Part shown: one piece after another, positions 9,212 through 18,793 of the stretch
Position numbering within the stretch: position 1 is the stretch's first letter
How the letters are laid out: the number at the start of each line of letters is the position of its first letter
NCBI GenBank assembly: GCA_046583315.1
Contig: JAYGCN010000026.1
Location: forward strand, 1 to 35,602
From: Candidatus Hydrogenedentota bacterium
GTDB taxonomy: Bacteria > Hydrogenedentota > Hydrogenedentia > Hydrogenedentales > GCA-2746185
DNA length: 35,602 bases
Direction of reading: 5' to 3'
Program-made: the position numbers and the translations under genes
The notes under the pieces: model-generated
Told to the model about the DNA's origin: nothing
What the model saw: only the letters and a program-made list of their open reading frames with translations
Database searches by the model: none

Positions 9212-10398
9212 GCGCGTGCGACTCCTTCGTCCCGGGCTTTCTGTGCGACCGCCGCCGCGATTTTCGGCGCGACTGTTTTGTCCAACGGGTTCGGAAGAAT
9301 CATGTCCCGTGTCGGTTCGTCTACGGGGTCAGCCAGCGAACGCACCGCAGCCATCTTCATGCCTTCGGTGATTGTCGTTGCCCGGACATCGAGCGCACCA
9401 CGAAAAATTCCGGGAAACACGAGCACGTTGTTCACCTGATTGGGGAAGTCGCTTCGACCAGTGCCGACGACTGATGCACCTGCCACCAAGGCAATTTCCG
9501 GCATGATTTCAGGGATCGGATTCGCCATGGCGAGGATGATAGGGTCGGCGGCCATCGTCTTGATGTCGGCAGCGTCAAGCAGACTGCCGCGCGACACGCC
9601 GATGAATACAGCTGCATCTTTAAGTGCCGTCTTCAAGTCACCGTGGCGATTTGAACGATTTGTGTACTTCAGTAAGGCTTGCTTTGGTTGATTCAAATCC
9701 TGGCGTTCTTTGGAAATGATTCCCTTGGTGTCGCACATGAAGATGTCTTTTATCGGTGTGCAGTGCTCGGAACTATGGCCGACGCACAGGAACAGTTTCG
9801 CGATAGCCGTACCCGCCGCTCCGGCACCATTGATAACGATGGTCAGATCTTCGAGGCTTTTCCCGGACACGGTGCAGGCGTTTTCGATGGCTGCACGCGC
9901 GACGATGGCCGTGCCGTGTTGGTCGTCATGAAAAACGGGGATGTCTAAATCCTGGAGCGCGTCTTCGACTTCGAAACAAGCCGGTGCGCCGATGTCCTCC
10001 AGATTGATTCCGCCGAAGTTGGGGGCAATAGCACGAGCCAAGGCGATGAGTGCTTCAGGGGATTGTGTATTGACGACCAACGGGATTGCATCGATATCGG
10101 CGAATTCCTTGAAGAGCACCGCTTTGCCTTCCATTACCGGTAGCGCAGCCTCAGGACCGATGTTGCCCAATCCCAATACAAAAGAACCGTCGGAGAGCAC
10201 GGCAACGCTATTTCCTTTCATGGTAAGGGGATACGCTTCACTGATATCGTCCCGAATTGATTCACATACTGCCGCAACACCGGGCGTATAGGCCATAGAA
10301 AGGTCATCCTGCGACTTCAGCGGGAATTTGGATTGAACGGCCAACTTTCCCTGAGTTTTACGGTGTAATTCGAGGGATTTAGCGAAATAGTCCGGCAT
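9208..10398 (-). CDS. NAD(P)-dependent malic enzyme
   Basis: YTPGVA, VLGLGNIG, MEGKAVLFK, INLEDI, FHDDQHGTA, NGAGAAG, MANPIPE and GRSDFPNQVNN. Confidence 0.93.
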   Translation of the reverse strand: MPDYFAKSLELHRKTQGKLAVQSKFPLKSQDDLSMAYTPGVAAVCESIRDDISEAYPLTMKGNSVAVLSDGSFVLGLGNIGPEAALPVMEGKAVLFKEFADIDAIPLVVNTQSPEALIALARAIAPNFGGINLEDIGAPACFEVEDALQDLDIPVFHDDQHGTAIVARAAIENACTVSGKSLEDLTIVINGAGAAGTAIAKLFLCVGHSSEHCTPIKDIFMCDTKGIISKERQDLNQPKQALLKYTNRSNRHGDLKTALKDAAVFIGVSRGSLLDAADIKTMAADPIILAMANPIPEIMPEIALVAGASVVGTGRSDFPNQVNNVLVFPGIFRGALDVRATTITEGMKMAAVRSLADPVDEPTRDMILPNPLDKTVAPKIAAAVAQKARDEGVARA

Positions 10399-10474
10399 AT
10401 AGGGGGTTCCTTGAGTTTCGGTTCGAAAGGTATTGTGAATATTTTACCGCCCCAAGTCTATGTGGGATAAAAAC

Positions 10475-10504
10475 TTGCGCAGATCCGCGTAAATACGGTA
10501 TTAT
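10475..10504 (+). promoter_or_regulatory. Putative sigma70 promoter for the yicC-gmk-rpoZ-coaBC operon
   Basis: TTGCGC-18 bp-TATTAT, followed by an AGGAGG RBS at 10521. Confidence 0.45.
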
Positions 10505-10535
10505 GTTGGGCCGCAACCCTAGGAGGATACCCTGC

Positions 10536-11414
10536 TTGATTCGCAGTATGACAGGTTTTGGCAAGGCATCGTGTGATTACGATAATTCTATCGTTTCGAT
10601 TGAGTTAAGTACAGTCAATCATCGCTATATGGATGCCTCAGTGCGGTTGCCCAGTGAGTGGTCCGTAACGGAATCGGCCTTGAGGGAGGTTATCAAGGAG
10701 TTTCTGAGTCGCGGCAAGCTCAACATGAATGTGAACCGCAAACGATTGAGTGGTGAAGCGCAGAAGGTTGTGTTGGATACTGAAGTGGCGCGTCATTATA
10801 TTGATGCCGCCCGCGAGCTGAGCAAGTTGACTGGAAATGAAGAGCCGATGACGTTAAACACTCTGGCGCAGTTTCCGGGTGTGTTTCAGCAAGAAGAAGT
10901 GGAAGAAGATAGTGAGCGGGCTCAGGAGATGCTGAGCGGGCTTTTGCGCGAAGCGCTGGTGAGCCTGAATACCATGCGCGATGTTGAAGGACAGAAACTG
11001 CGCGATGATTTGTCTCATCGTATCGCTCTGATCCGATCTACAGTTGAAGAAGTGGAACAGCGACTACCAGAGCTCCGGGAGCTGTACCGCACCCGATTGC
11101 AGGAACGCATCCAGGAATTGCTGGAAGATACCTCTATTGCCGAAGAGCGCATTGCGATGGAAGTTGCGATTTTGTCTGATAAAGGCGATGTGACCGAGGA
11201 GGTCGTGCGACTCAAGACTCATCTGGATCATGCGGAAGAGTTGATGGATTCGGATGAAGCCTGTGGACGGCAGCTGAATTTTCTGACACAGGAAGTGCAA
11301 CGCGAAATTAATACGCTGGGTTCGAAGGTTCGGGATACGGATGTCGTTCGGCATGTATTGACGATGAAGTCCGAGTTGGAAAAATTTCGCGAACAGATTC
11401 AGAACATTGAGTAG
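10536..11414 (+). CDS. yicC: YicC/YloC family endoribonuclease
   Basis: TTG start after AGGAGG gives MIRSMTGFG; VNHRYMD, EEVVRLKTH, GRQLNFLTQEVQREINTLGSK and REQIQNIE. Confidence 0.93.
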   Translation: MIRSMTGFGKASCDYDNSIVSIELSTVNHRYMDASVRLPSEWSVTESALREVIKEFLSRGKLNMNVNRKRLSGEAQKVVLDTEVARHYIDAARELSKLTGNEEPMTLNTLAQFPGVFQQEEVEEDSERAQEMLSGLLREALVSLNTMRDVEGQKLRDDLSHRIALIRSTVEEVEQRLPELRELYRTRLQERIQELLEDTSIAEERIAMEVAILSDKGDVTEEVVRLKTHLDHAEELMDSDEACGRQLNFLTQEVQREINTLGSKVRDTDVVRHVLTMKSELEKFREQIQNIE

Positions 11415-11991
11415 CGAAACGGCGATGGCCAAATCAAACAACGTCATAGTGGTTTCGGCACCGTCGGGCGGTGGTAAAGGCAGTATTCTGAAGCCGGTGG
11501 TCAATGCCGATGATCGACTCGTGCATTCGGTCTCCGTGACGACGCGGGGTCCACGCGACAACGAGGTCGATGGCGTGGAGTACACGTTTGTGACACCGGA
11601 CGCGTTTAAGGCGAGTGTCGAGGCAGACGAGTTTTTGGAGTGGGCCGAGGTACACGAAAATTTTTACGGGACACTGCGTTCGGAAATTGAGAAGCATGAC
11701 GCTTCCGGTGAGGACGTTGTGCTCGAATTGGATGTGCAGGGAAAACGCAACCTGTTGAGCGCCAAGCCGAACGCGAAGACAGTATTCGTGATGCCGCCAT
11801 CGCTGAAAGTGCTCGAAGAACGCCTTAGAGCTCGTGGTGGTCTGACGGAACCGGAATTGCAGACCCGCTTGGCGAATGCGAAGGAAGAGATGGCGGCGAG
11901 CGGTGAATACGATTACGTGATCGTGAACGATAAATTGGAAGATGCGATTGCGCAGTTTATAGAGATATTGAAGGAACTTCGTCAGGATTGA
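11407..11991 (+). CDS. gmk: Guanylate kinase (start may be ATG 11425)
   Basis: SAPSGGGKGS P-loop, SVSVTTRGPR, EWAEVHENFYGT, LELDVQG and YDYVIVND; conserved synteny. Confidence 0.96.
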   Translation: MSSETAMAKSNNVIVVSAPSGGGKGSILKPVVNADDRLVHSVSVTTRGPRDNEVDGVEYTFVTPDAFKASVEADEFLEWAEVHENFYGTLRSEIEKHDASGEDVVLELDVQGKRNLLSAKPNAKTVFVMPPSLKVLEERLRARGGLTEPELQTRLANAKEEMAASGEYDYVIVNDKLEDAIAQFIEILKELRQD

Positions 11992-12021
11992 CGACATATA
12001 GCTAAGAAGGAGAATTCTAAG

Positions 12022-12258
12022 ATGAAGCACATTGCCCTTGAAGATTTTGTAAACGGTGATGAAGAGATGGACAGTTTGTACCGTCTGGTGAATATTGCTG
12101 CCCGACGTGCGAATCAGCTGAACAAACCCGAGAGCCGTCCGCTGGTCCCGACCAAGGCCAAGGAAAAGACGACCATTGTAGCGCTCGAAGAAGTGCTCGA
12201 CGGTAAAGTCTGGTATCGCGTCGGTGAAAGCGAAGAAGATGAGTACGAAATCGGCTAG
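12022..12258 (+). CDS. rpoZ: RNA polymerase omega subunit
   Basis: SLYRLVNIAARRANQL and KTTIVALEE; located between gmk and coaBC; AAGGAG RBS. Confidence 0.92.
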   Translation: MKHIALEDFVNGDEEMDSLYRLVNIAARRANQLNKPESRPLVPTKAKEKTTIVALEEVLDGKVWYRVGESEEDEYEIG

Positions 12259-13462
12259 TCACGTCGTACTCGGGGTCACGGGATCCATCGCAGCCTACAA
12301 GGCCTGCGAGATCGCTTCAACGTTGACGAAGGCAGGTGTCAATGTGACGCCAGTACTGACGAAGTCCGCCCAGAACCTCGTCGGTGCCGCAACCTTCGAA
12401 GCACTGACCGGTAATCGCGTAATCACCGATATGTTCGACCCGGCGCAAAACACCGACATTGAGCACATTTCTGTGTCGACTAGTGCAGACCTGTTTCTGG
12501 TCGCTCCGGCTACGGCCAATATCCTGGGGAAAGCGGCAAACGGGATTTCGGACGATTGGTTATCTACGGCTCTACTGGTAACCGAGGCGCCGATTTTATT
12601 TGCGCCTTCGATGAATACGAACATGTATCGCCATGTGGCTGTGCAGGCAAACATTCAATTGCTCAGCGAGCGTGGCAATCACTTTATCGGTCCTGGATCC
12701 GGTGTGCTTGCGTGTAAAACAGTGGGCCCCGGCCGTATGAGCGAGCCGCAAGAAATCGTAGAACGGGTGTTCGTCTTGCTGAACGGAGTACAGGATCTTC
12801 TTGGGCGCCATATCCTAATTACATCGGGTGCGAATCACGAACCCATTGATCCTGTGCGATATATCGGGAATCGTTCCTCTGGCAAAATGGGCTATGCGAT
12901 TGCCGATGAAGCCTTGGCCCGTGGCGCACGGGTTACTGTAATCACAGGACCCGCTGACGTAGCACCTCCGGTCGCAGCAGAGGTTATTGAAGTACAGACC
13001 GCGCAGGAGATGTGCAACGCGGTGCTTGAGTATATGGGAGACGCTGACGTGATCATCGGTGCGGCAGCGGTCGCGGATTATCGCGTGGCGGAGCCTGCAA
13101 CACAAAAAATGAAACGCGATGGCTCTGCAATCAGTCTTGATTTGATCGAGAATCCTGACATTATTGGTACGGTTGGCGCAAAGAAACGAGAGAATCAGGT
13201 TGTGATTGGGTTTGCCGCCGAGACGAATGACCTCATTGCCAACGCAAAGAAGAAACTGGAAAAAAAGAAGCTCGACATGATTGTGGCCAATACGGTCGGC
13301 ACGCCCGAATCCGGATTTGGCAGTGACACCGTGGACGCCCGATTTTTGTATCGGGATGGCACTATCCAGGAGCAACCCATGTTGCTCAAAACTGAATTGG
13401 CCGAACGGCTGATGGATAATGTTGTCCAATTGCTCGACCAGCGCGGTCGCGTCGCTTCTTAA
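12239..13462 (+). CDS. coaBC: Phosphopantothenoylcysteine decarboxylase/ligase CoaBC
   Basis: GVTGSIAAYK, APATAN, PSMNTNM, LAC...GPGRM, EPIDPVRYIGNRSSGKMG, AAAVADY and GFAAET. Start (12224 GTG or 12239 ATG) overlaps rpoZ. Confidence 0.96.
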   Translation: MSTKSASHVVLGVTGSIAAYKACEIASTLTKAGVNVTPVLTKSAQNLVGAATFEALTGNRVITDMFDPAQNTDIEHISVSTSADLFLVAPATANILGKAANGISDDWLSTALLVTEAPILFAPSMNTNMYRHVAVQANIQLLSERGNHFIGPGSGVLACKTVGPGRMSEPQEIVERVFVLLNGVQDLLGRHILITSGANHEPIDPVRYIGNRSSGKMGYAIADEALARGARVTVITGPADVAPPVAAEVIEVQTAQEMCNAVLEYMGDADVIIGAAAVADYRVAEPATQKMKRDGSAISLDLIENPDIIGTVGAKKRENQVVIGFAAETNDLIANAKKKLEKKKLDMIVANTVGTPESGFGSDTVDARFLYRDGTIQEQPMLLKTELAERLMDNVVQLLDQRGRVAS

Positions 13463-13517
13463 AACACTGGGTCGACCCGGAGTGGGGTTCTATCCTATTA
13501 AACGAAAGAGAAAAAGT

Positions 13518-13910
13518 ATGAACATGCAAAATATGATTTTGGAATGGGTGCCTGGCACCTTCGCCGTAACACAACTTCCTGCCAACGCGGCGATTCCGCA
13601 GTGGGTAATTGATGCCAAGGGTTTCACGAGTATTACGCGGACCGAAAAAGAACTATCCATCGTGTGTCGTGAAGAGTTCGTACCCGAAGACGCCGAAACC
13701 GAACGCGGCTGGGTCGCGGTATGCCTCGCAGAACCAGTGAAGTTTAACGAAATCGGAATTCTGGCACAGCTGACGCGATCGATCGCGGATGCGGAGATTT
13801 CCACTTTCGCAATATCGACCTTCGAAAACGATATCTTGCTTACGAAATCGGCAGACAGCATTGCCACGCGCCAGGCCTTGGGGCAGGTCTGCGACATCTC
13901 ACGTCTCTAA
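13518..13910 (+). CDS. Tandem ACT-domain protein (CASTOR/ACT_7-like)
   Basis: SITRTEKELSIVC and GILAQLTRSIADAEISTFAISTF are typical of this family. Confidence 0.85.
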   Translation: MNMQNMILEWVPGTFAVTQLPANAAIPQWVIDAKGFTSITRTEKELSIVCREEFVPEDAETERGWVAVCLAEPVKFNEIGILAQLTRSIADAEISTFAISTFENDILLTKSADSIATRQALGQVCDISRL

Positions 13911-13920
13911 GAGCGATTTA

Positions 13921-13944
13921 ACGCAGAGGCGCGGAGACGCAGAG
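13921..13944. repeat. Three tandem 8-bp units (ACGCAGAG-GCGCGGAG-ACGCAGAG)
   Basis: Directly visible 10 bp after the ACT gene stop codon. Confidence 0.6.
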
Positions 13945-14036
13945 AGCCTCATATCGGCCTGACGTTTTCATGCAATCCCGGGTTGAGTTTGGTAAACTGA
14001 ATTTTTCTATCAAACTACATTAGGGATACTCCAACT

Positions 14037-14978
14037 ATGAAAACACTTTCTACCATTCTCGTAACGTGTATTCTTGTCTCGATTTCTGCTTTCGCCGATC
14101 ACAAAGTTCTCGTTCAGGGAAACAATAAACTGGCGCAGGTAAATGGCAAGGGCAAGATCACCTGGGAGATGCGTTTCGGCGGGATTCATGATATTCACAA
14201 GCTGAAGAATGGAAACATTCTTACGGTGAAGGGATTTCGCACCGTCGTCGAGATCGATGCGAAGTCCGGCGACGTCGTTTGGTCCTACGATGCCAGCACC
14301 ATGAATGGCAACGAGGGGCAACGCATGGAAATCCACGCGATTCAGCCATTGAAAAATGGCGATGTCATGATCGCCGAATCCGGTTTGGGACGCATCATCG
14401 AAATTAATCGGGATGGAAAGCTTCTGAAAGAAGTAAAGATGGAGCTCGACAATCCAGATGCGCATCGCGATACACGACTCGCGCGAAAGATTGCCAACGG
14501 AAACTATCTGGCATGTCATGAAGGCGACGGTAAGGTGCGCGAGTATTCCGGCGAAGATGGCTCAGTCGTATGGGAATACGAGATTCCGATGTTTGGCAAA
14601 AAAACTGCTGGTGGTCATGGTCCCGAGGGCTTCGGGAATTCGGTATTTTCCGCGCTGCGCCTGGAAAACGGCAACACGCTGATCGGTACGGGCAACGGGC
14701 ACAGCGTTCTAGAAGTCACACCGGCAAAAGAGATCGTCTGGGAATTGCATCAGAACGACTTGCCTAACATTACCTTCGCGTGGGTGACGACACTCGAAGT
14801 GTTGAAGAACGGAAATCTGGTTATCGGCAACTGCCACGCCGGACCTGGACAGCCGCTGCTCGTCGAAATCGACCGTGAGACTAAGGAAGTTGTCTGGACC
14901 TTCGATCACTTCGATACCTTTGGGAACTCGGTGTCGAATTCGCTGCTTGTGGACCAGGTCGGAAAGTCGTTGCGCTAG
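14037..14978 (+). CDS. Secreted beta-propeller repeat protein (PQQ-like/arylsulfotransferase-like repeats)
   Basis: Signal peptide ending AFA; about 5-6 repeats of LxNGNxLI...VxEx...G.VVW. Confidence 0.8.
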   Translation: MKTLSTILVTCILVSISAFADHKVLVQGNNKLAQVNGKGKITWEMRFGGIHDIHKLKNGNILTVKGFRTVVEIDAKSGDVVWSYDASTMNGNEGQRMEIHAIQPLKNGDVMIAESGLGRIIEINRDGKLLKEVKMELDNPDAHRDTRLARKIANGNYLACHEGDGKVREYSGEDGSVVWEYEIPMFGKKTAGGHGPEGFGNSVFSALRLENGNTLIGTGNGHSVLEVTPAKEIVWELHQNDLPNITFAWVTTLEVLKNGNLVIGNCHAGPGQPLLVEIDRETKEVVWTFDHFDTFGNSVSNSLLVDQVGKSLR

Positions 14979-15967
14979 GCGTCGTTTCCGTAGATTTCGA
15001 ATACGAGTTCCATTGCCCTTAATGCGTCAGTCGAGGTTCCAGATGTGACGGGTTCATCCTCCGCAACACACCGCACGAACTCCGCGATTTCCAGTTCCTA
15101 GCTGGGGTCGGTGTCAAAGTAGATGGTTTCTTCGTGGGGTTTGCCGTGCTCGAATCCGTCGTCGAATTTTCGTCGTGCCACGGTGATTGTTTCGTCTCCA
15201 TAGCTGCGTGTGGAGGAGAGGATGCCGTTTACCGAGAGGTAGCCGTCTGTGCAATAAATCTCGAGACTGAATCTGTGTTTCCATTGCGTGCTGGAGCTGT
15301 GCAGCATGGCGACGACTCCAGCGTCGTTTCGTAGCAACGCGAAGGCATTGTCCTCCATGTCAATCTTGCGGTAGGAAGTCGTGACCATGCTTTTGACGTC
15401 GTTGAAGTCGCCCGAAAAAAATCGGAATAAATCCAACATGTGAATACCCTGATCGAGCAAGATACCGTGACCGCTGACCTCGGGATCGGAACGCCAACTC
15501 TGGTCGAATTGTTCGCCTCCTCCTTTACCATAAATGCCGCGCATCCACATGATGTTGCCGAGTGACGCGCTGTCGATGATGCGTTTTGCTTCCTGGATGC
15601 CGACGTGGAATCGGTGGTTGAATCCAAACATGAGTTTGCAGTTCGGATTGCGCGCTTCCGCTTCCATGATGGCATGAGCATCCTCCACCGAACATCCCGG
15701 CGGTTTCTCGCAGAACACGCGTTTGGCCGCGTCGAGGGCCTCGATGACGAATGAGGGCGTGTGGCGATTGGGCGTGGCGATGACAATCGCGTTTACGTCG
15801 GAGTTTATTACATCTGCCGGATTCTTAGAACACTTGACGCCGGGAAATGTATCGAATCGTGACGAATCGGGATCGGCTCTCTGGGTGACTGTCGTCGCGG
15901 GATGCTTCACGAGTTCCTGGTATCGCGTGAGACCCATTTTGCCCAGTTCGATGATGCCGATATTCAA
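14975..15967 (-). pseudogene. Gfo/Idh/MocA oxidoreductase interrupted by an in-frame TAG at 15098-15100
   Basis: IATPN, CEKP, GFNHRF and LDQGIHMLD. After DPS*, the frame continues ELEIAEFVRCVAEDEPVTSGTSTDALRAMELVFEIYGNDA* to 14975. The Rossmann motif reads IIELGKMG instead of IIGxGxxG. Confidence 0.8.
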
Positions 15968-15991
15968 CGATGCGCTCTAATCAATTGCATC

Positions 15992-16612
15992 CTAATGGGC
16001 CAGATATCGGCCGCGGTTCATGGAAATATAGGATTGAATGATGTGCATGATGACGATGAACATGTCTTCGATGGGGCCATATTCATCTCTCGTGGATTCG
16101 ATATGGATCACGTGTTTTGCGAGCGTTTTCAGTTTACCGCCGTCGCAACCGACGCATGCGATCGTCGTCGCGCCGTTAGCATTACCGTAGTCAATTGCAG
16201 AAACCAGATTGGGGCTGCTCCCGCTGACGGACATGGCGAGTACAACGTCGCCGGGGCGCATGTTGGCCTTGAGTTGAATGGTGAAGATCTCGTCGAAGGA
16301 GGCGTCGTTGCCGAGTGCGGTAATCGACGATGCGTTGTCCGTCAATGAGATTACCCGATACCCCGGTTTTCCATCCACAACGGTATTTGCGCTGAGGTCG
16401 TTGACCCAGTGAGTGCTGACTGCCGCGCTGCCTCCGTTTGCGATGAGGAACAGCGTTTTGTCTTGAGCAGCAACGTCATCTATGATGCCGCCAATAGCCG
16501 CGACAGCTTCAGGGTCAAGAGAAGACACAACCTTGGCCATGTGCGCGATGTAACCCGCGGCATAGTCCGCTGCCGAAGTCGATCCATCGTATAGTTCCTG
16601 CAATTTGTTCAC
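15992..16612 (-). CDS. SIS-domain phosphosugar isomerase (GmhA-like)
   Basis: NGGSAA, SLTDNASSITALGND, PGDVVLAMSVSGSSPN, DGGKLK and YGPIED...H. Confidence 0.85.
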   Translation of the reverse strand: MNKLQELYDGSTSAADYAAGYIAHMAKVVSSLDPEAVAAIGGIIDDVAAQDKTLFLIANGGSAAVSTHWVNDLSANTVVDGKPGYRVISLTDNASSITALGNDASFDEIFTIQLKANMRPGDVVLAMSVSGSSPNLVSAIDYGNANGATTIACVGCDGGKLKTLAKHVIHIESTRDEYGPIEDMFIVIMHIIQSYISMNRGRYLAH

Positions 16613-17622
16613 TGGGTGACTCCTGAAGGTTTTACTGCTGCGATGCGCACGTGTGAACTGAGGCGATGTTTTTGAAGGAAGGCCTGAAAATCGTGTCGGG
16701 CCAATTCGTTTTGCTGAAACAGTGTTTTCACGAATCCAGGCAGTTTAATTTCAGGATCCGCTTCAGCGGCCTGTGCAGTGAGTTCAAGATCGAGTTGCCC
16801 AGGAGTGCTGAGTTCAATGAGCTCCAGTCCGGCGCGTTCGACAAGTATGGTCAGACCGTCTTATGGATAACAGATTCAGATGTTCCGGTACGAAGACGTA
16901 GGGGGCTTTGTCCCAGAGCACTTGCAGGTCGAAACCGCTGATGGTGCGCGTCGTAATGCCGAGGATGCCGTGGACCGCGAGCATATTCTTTGCACGTTCG
17001 AGATAGTCGAGTGGAGAAAATTGATGTTCAAGTTGTTGGAACGCAGTGATCGCCCCCGCGTTGCCCGTGTCTTCGGAAATGACCTCAACGTTGAGTGACT
17101 TCAGTTCCTCATCCAGACCGGAGAGCGGGTCGAGCGTATACAGCGTATCGAAAAGGTCAAGACGAGCAATTTCGTCGAACAGAACGGGTGAATTCGTGCC
17201 GACATCAATGAAGGTGCGCGCTTCGGGATTTCCCTGTTCATCTACGATGCGCCCCAGCCAGTTGGAAAGCGCACGCGTGAGGTGAGTGCGGCGTGCTTCA
17301 GCTGTTTCTTTCTGAAAATGTTGGACCCGATAGGCGCTGGCCTTGGATTCCTCATAGAATGTCGCGAGTGCTCGGCGGTGGGACGTGGGGAGACGTAGAC
17401 ACTTTCGCAATCGGCACACTGTTGATAGGTGAAGCCTTCTTTGGTGAATACAGCTTCACGCGACTCCGATGCGCAGGCGGGACAGGGTATCTCGACGAGC
17501 GCGTTGGCATCCCCGAAGAATTCACGCGCATCTTCGATGGATTGACGACGGAATTCACTGAGCAGGGGTTTGGGGCGAAGTTGCTCGTCGTGCAGATCGC
17601 TTTCTATGACTACCCGTTTCAT
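16609..17622 (-). pseudogene. Zn-finger plus class I SAM methyltransferase-like gene with two frameshifts (~17370 and ~16861)
   Basis: Three frames join into one protein: CPAC...CADC...SPRPTAE | ALATFY...IDVG...LEH...PEHLNLLSI | DGLTILVERAGLELIELSTPGQLD...FQAFLQKHRLSSHVRIAAVKPSGVTQ*. The final TGA overlaps the GTG start of the SIS gene. Confidence 0.85.
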
Positions 17623-17652
17623 TTTGATAGGGCCCTTGGTTGCTCAAGTGCT

Positions 17653-17686
17653 AAAAAAGTACGCTACCACACTGCGGTAGCGTACT
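17653..17686 (-). terminator. Intrinsic terminator after the UDP-glucuronate decarboxylase gene
   Basis: Minus strand reads AGTACGCTACCGC-AGT-GTGGTAGCGTACT followed by a T-run. Confidence 0.75.
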
Positions 17687-17714
17687 CCAAATGATCGCTG
17701 ATTATTCGTACACC

Positions 17715-18647
17715 CTAAATGGTCGTTTTGAAGTATTCAATCGCCGGGATGAGGCCCTCGTCGAGCGTGATCTTGGGTTCCCAGCCGAGTTTTTCTTTGG
17801 CGAGAGAATTGTCCGGTTTGCGCTGTTTGGGATCGTCGGAGGGAAGAGGTCGGTACACGATTTTCGATGAGCTTCCAATTTTCTCGATGACTTTCTCGGC
17901 GAGTTCTTTGATGGTAAATTCGCCGGGGTTACCGAGGTTGACCGGACCGGTGAAGTCGTCCACGTTCATCATGGCGACGATACCGTTGACGAGGTCATCG
18001 ACGTATTGAAAGGAGCGTGTCTGGGAGCCGTCGCCGTAGATGGTGATGTCCTCGCCTTTGAGGGCCTGTACGATGAAATTGCTGACCACGCGCCCGTCTT
18101 TCGGATCCATGTTCGGGCCGTAGGTATTGAAGATGCGGATGATACGGATGTCCACGTTGTGTTGGCGATGGTAATCGAAAAAGAGCGTTTCGCCGACGCG
18201 TTTGCCTTCGTCGTAACAGGAGCGAATGCCGATGGGGTTCACGTTGCCCCAGTAATCTTCCGTCTGGGGATGCACATGGGGATCGCCATAGACTTCCGAG
18301 GTGGAGGCCTGAAGGATGCGCGCGCCGACGCGTTTGGCGAGACCGAGCATGTTCAGGCAACCCAGCACTGATGTCTTCATCGTCTTAATGGGGTTGTGCT
18401 GGTAGTGAGGCGGGGATGCCGGGCAGGCCAGATTGAAGATGCGATCACATTCTATGAATAGCGGTTCCACGATGTCGTGGCGAATGGCTTCAAAGTTGGG
18501 ATGATCGAGCAGCGGCTGAATGTTTTCCTTGCGACCGGTGAAATAGTTGTCGACGCAGATGACATTTTCGCCGTCATCGAGCAAACGTTTGCAGAGGTTC
18601 GAGCCGAGGAATCCGGCGCCGCCAGTAACGAGATTTACGTGTGACAC
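17715..18647 (-). CDS. UDP-glucuronic acid decarboxylase (UDP-xylose synthase, UXS1-like SDR)
   Basis: [59 protein letters not shown] and DDPKQRKPD. Confidence 0.95.
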   Translation of the reverse strand: MSHVNLVTGGAGFLGSNLCKRLLDDGENVICVDNYFTGRKENIQPLLDHPNFEAIRHDIVEPLFIECDRIFNLACPASPPHYQHNPIKTMKTSVLGCLNMLGLAKRVGARILQASTSEVYGDPHVHPQTEDYWGNVNPIGIRSCYDEGKRVGETLFFDYHRQHNVDIRIIRIFNTYGPNMDPKDGRVVSNFIVQALKGEDITIYGDGSQTRSFQYVDDLVNGIVAMMNVDDFTGPVNLGNPGEFTIKELAEKVIEKIGSSSKIVYRPLPSDDPKQRKPDNSLAKEKLGWEPKITLDEGLIPAIEYFKTTI

Positions 18648-18745
18648 GGTATTGCCTTTCTATAAGTGTTTGTGCGCTGGGAAACAGCTTCGGCTGACGC
18701 AGGATTGGTCAGAATCACGCTGAAAGCCCTGCATACGGAGGCAGT

Positions 18746-18775
18746 ATTATGCCAAACGGAGGGGGGATTTGGCAA
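18746..18775 (-). promoter_or_regulatory. Putative sigma70 promoter for the UXS gene
   Basis: Minus strand TTGCCA-18 bp-CATAAT with an extended TG. Confidence 0.4.
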
Positions 18776-18793
18776 TATTTGCCCGATATGTGG

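Noticed and set aside
10536..13462. yicC-gmk-rpoZ-coaBC cluster as novel
   Set aside because: Well-known conserved housekeeping synteny.
15098..15100. In-frame TAG as pyrrolysine or stop-codon reassignment
   Set aside because: TAG is the normal stop of conserved genes here (rpoZ, yicC, thiolase). The site fits TGG>TAG and neighbouring lesions indicate decay.
16609..17622. Programmed ribosomal frameshifting or phase variation
   Set aside because: No slippery heptamer or long homopolymer at either site, and two separate shifts would be needed.
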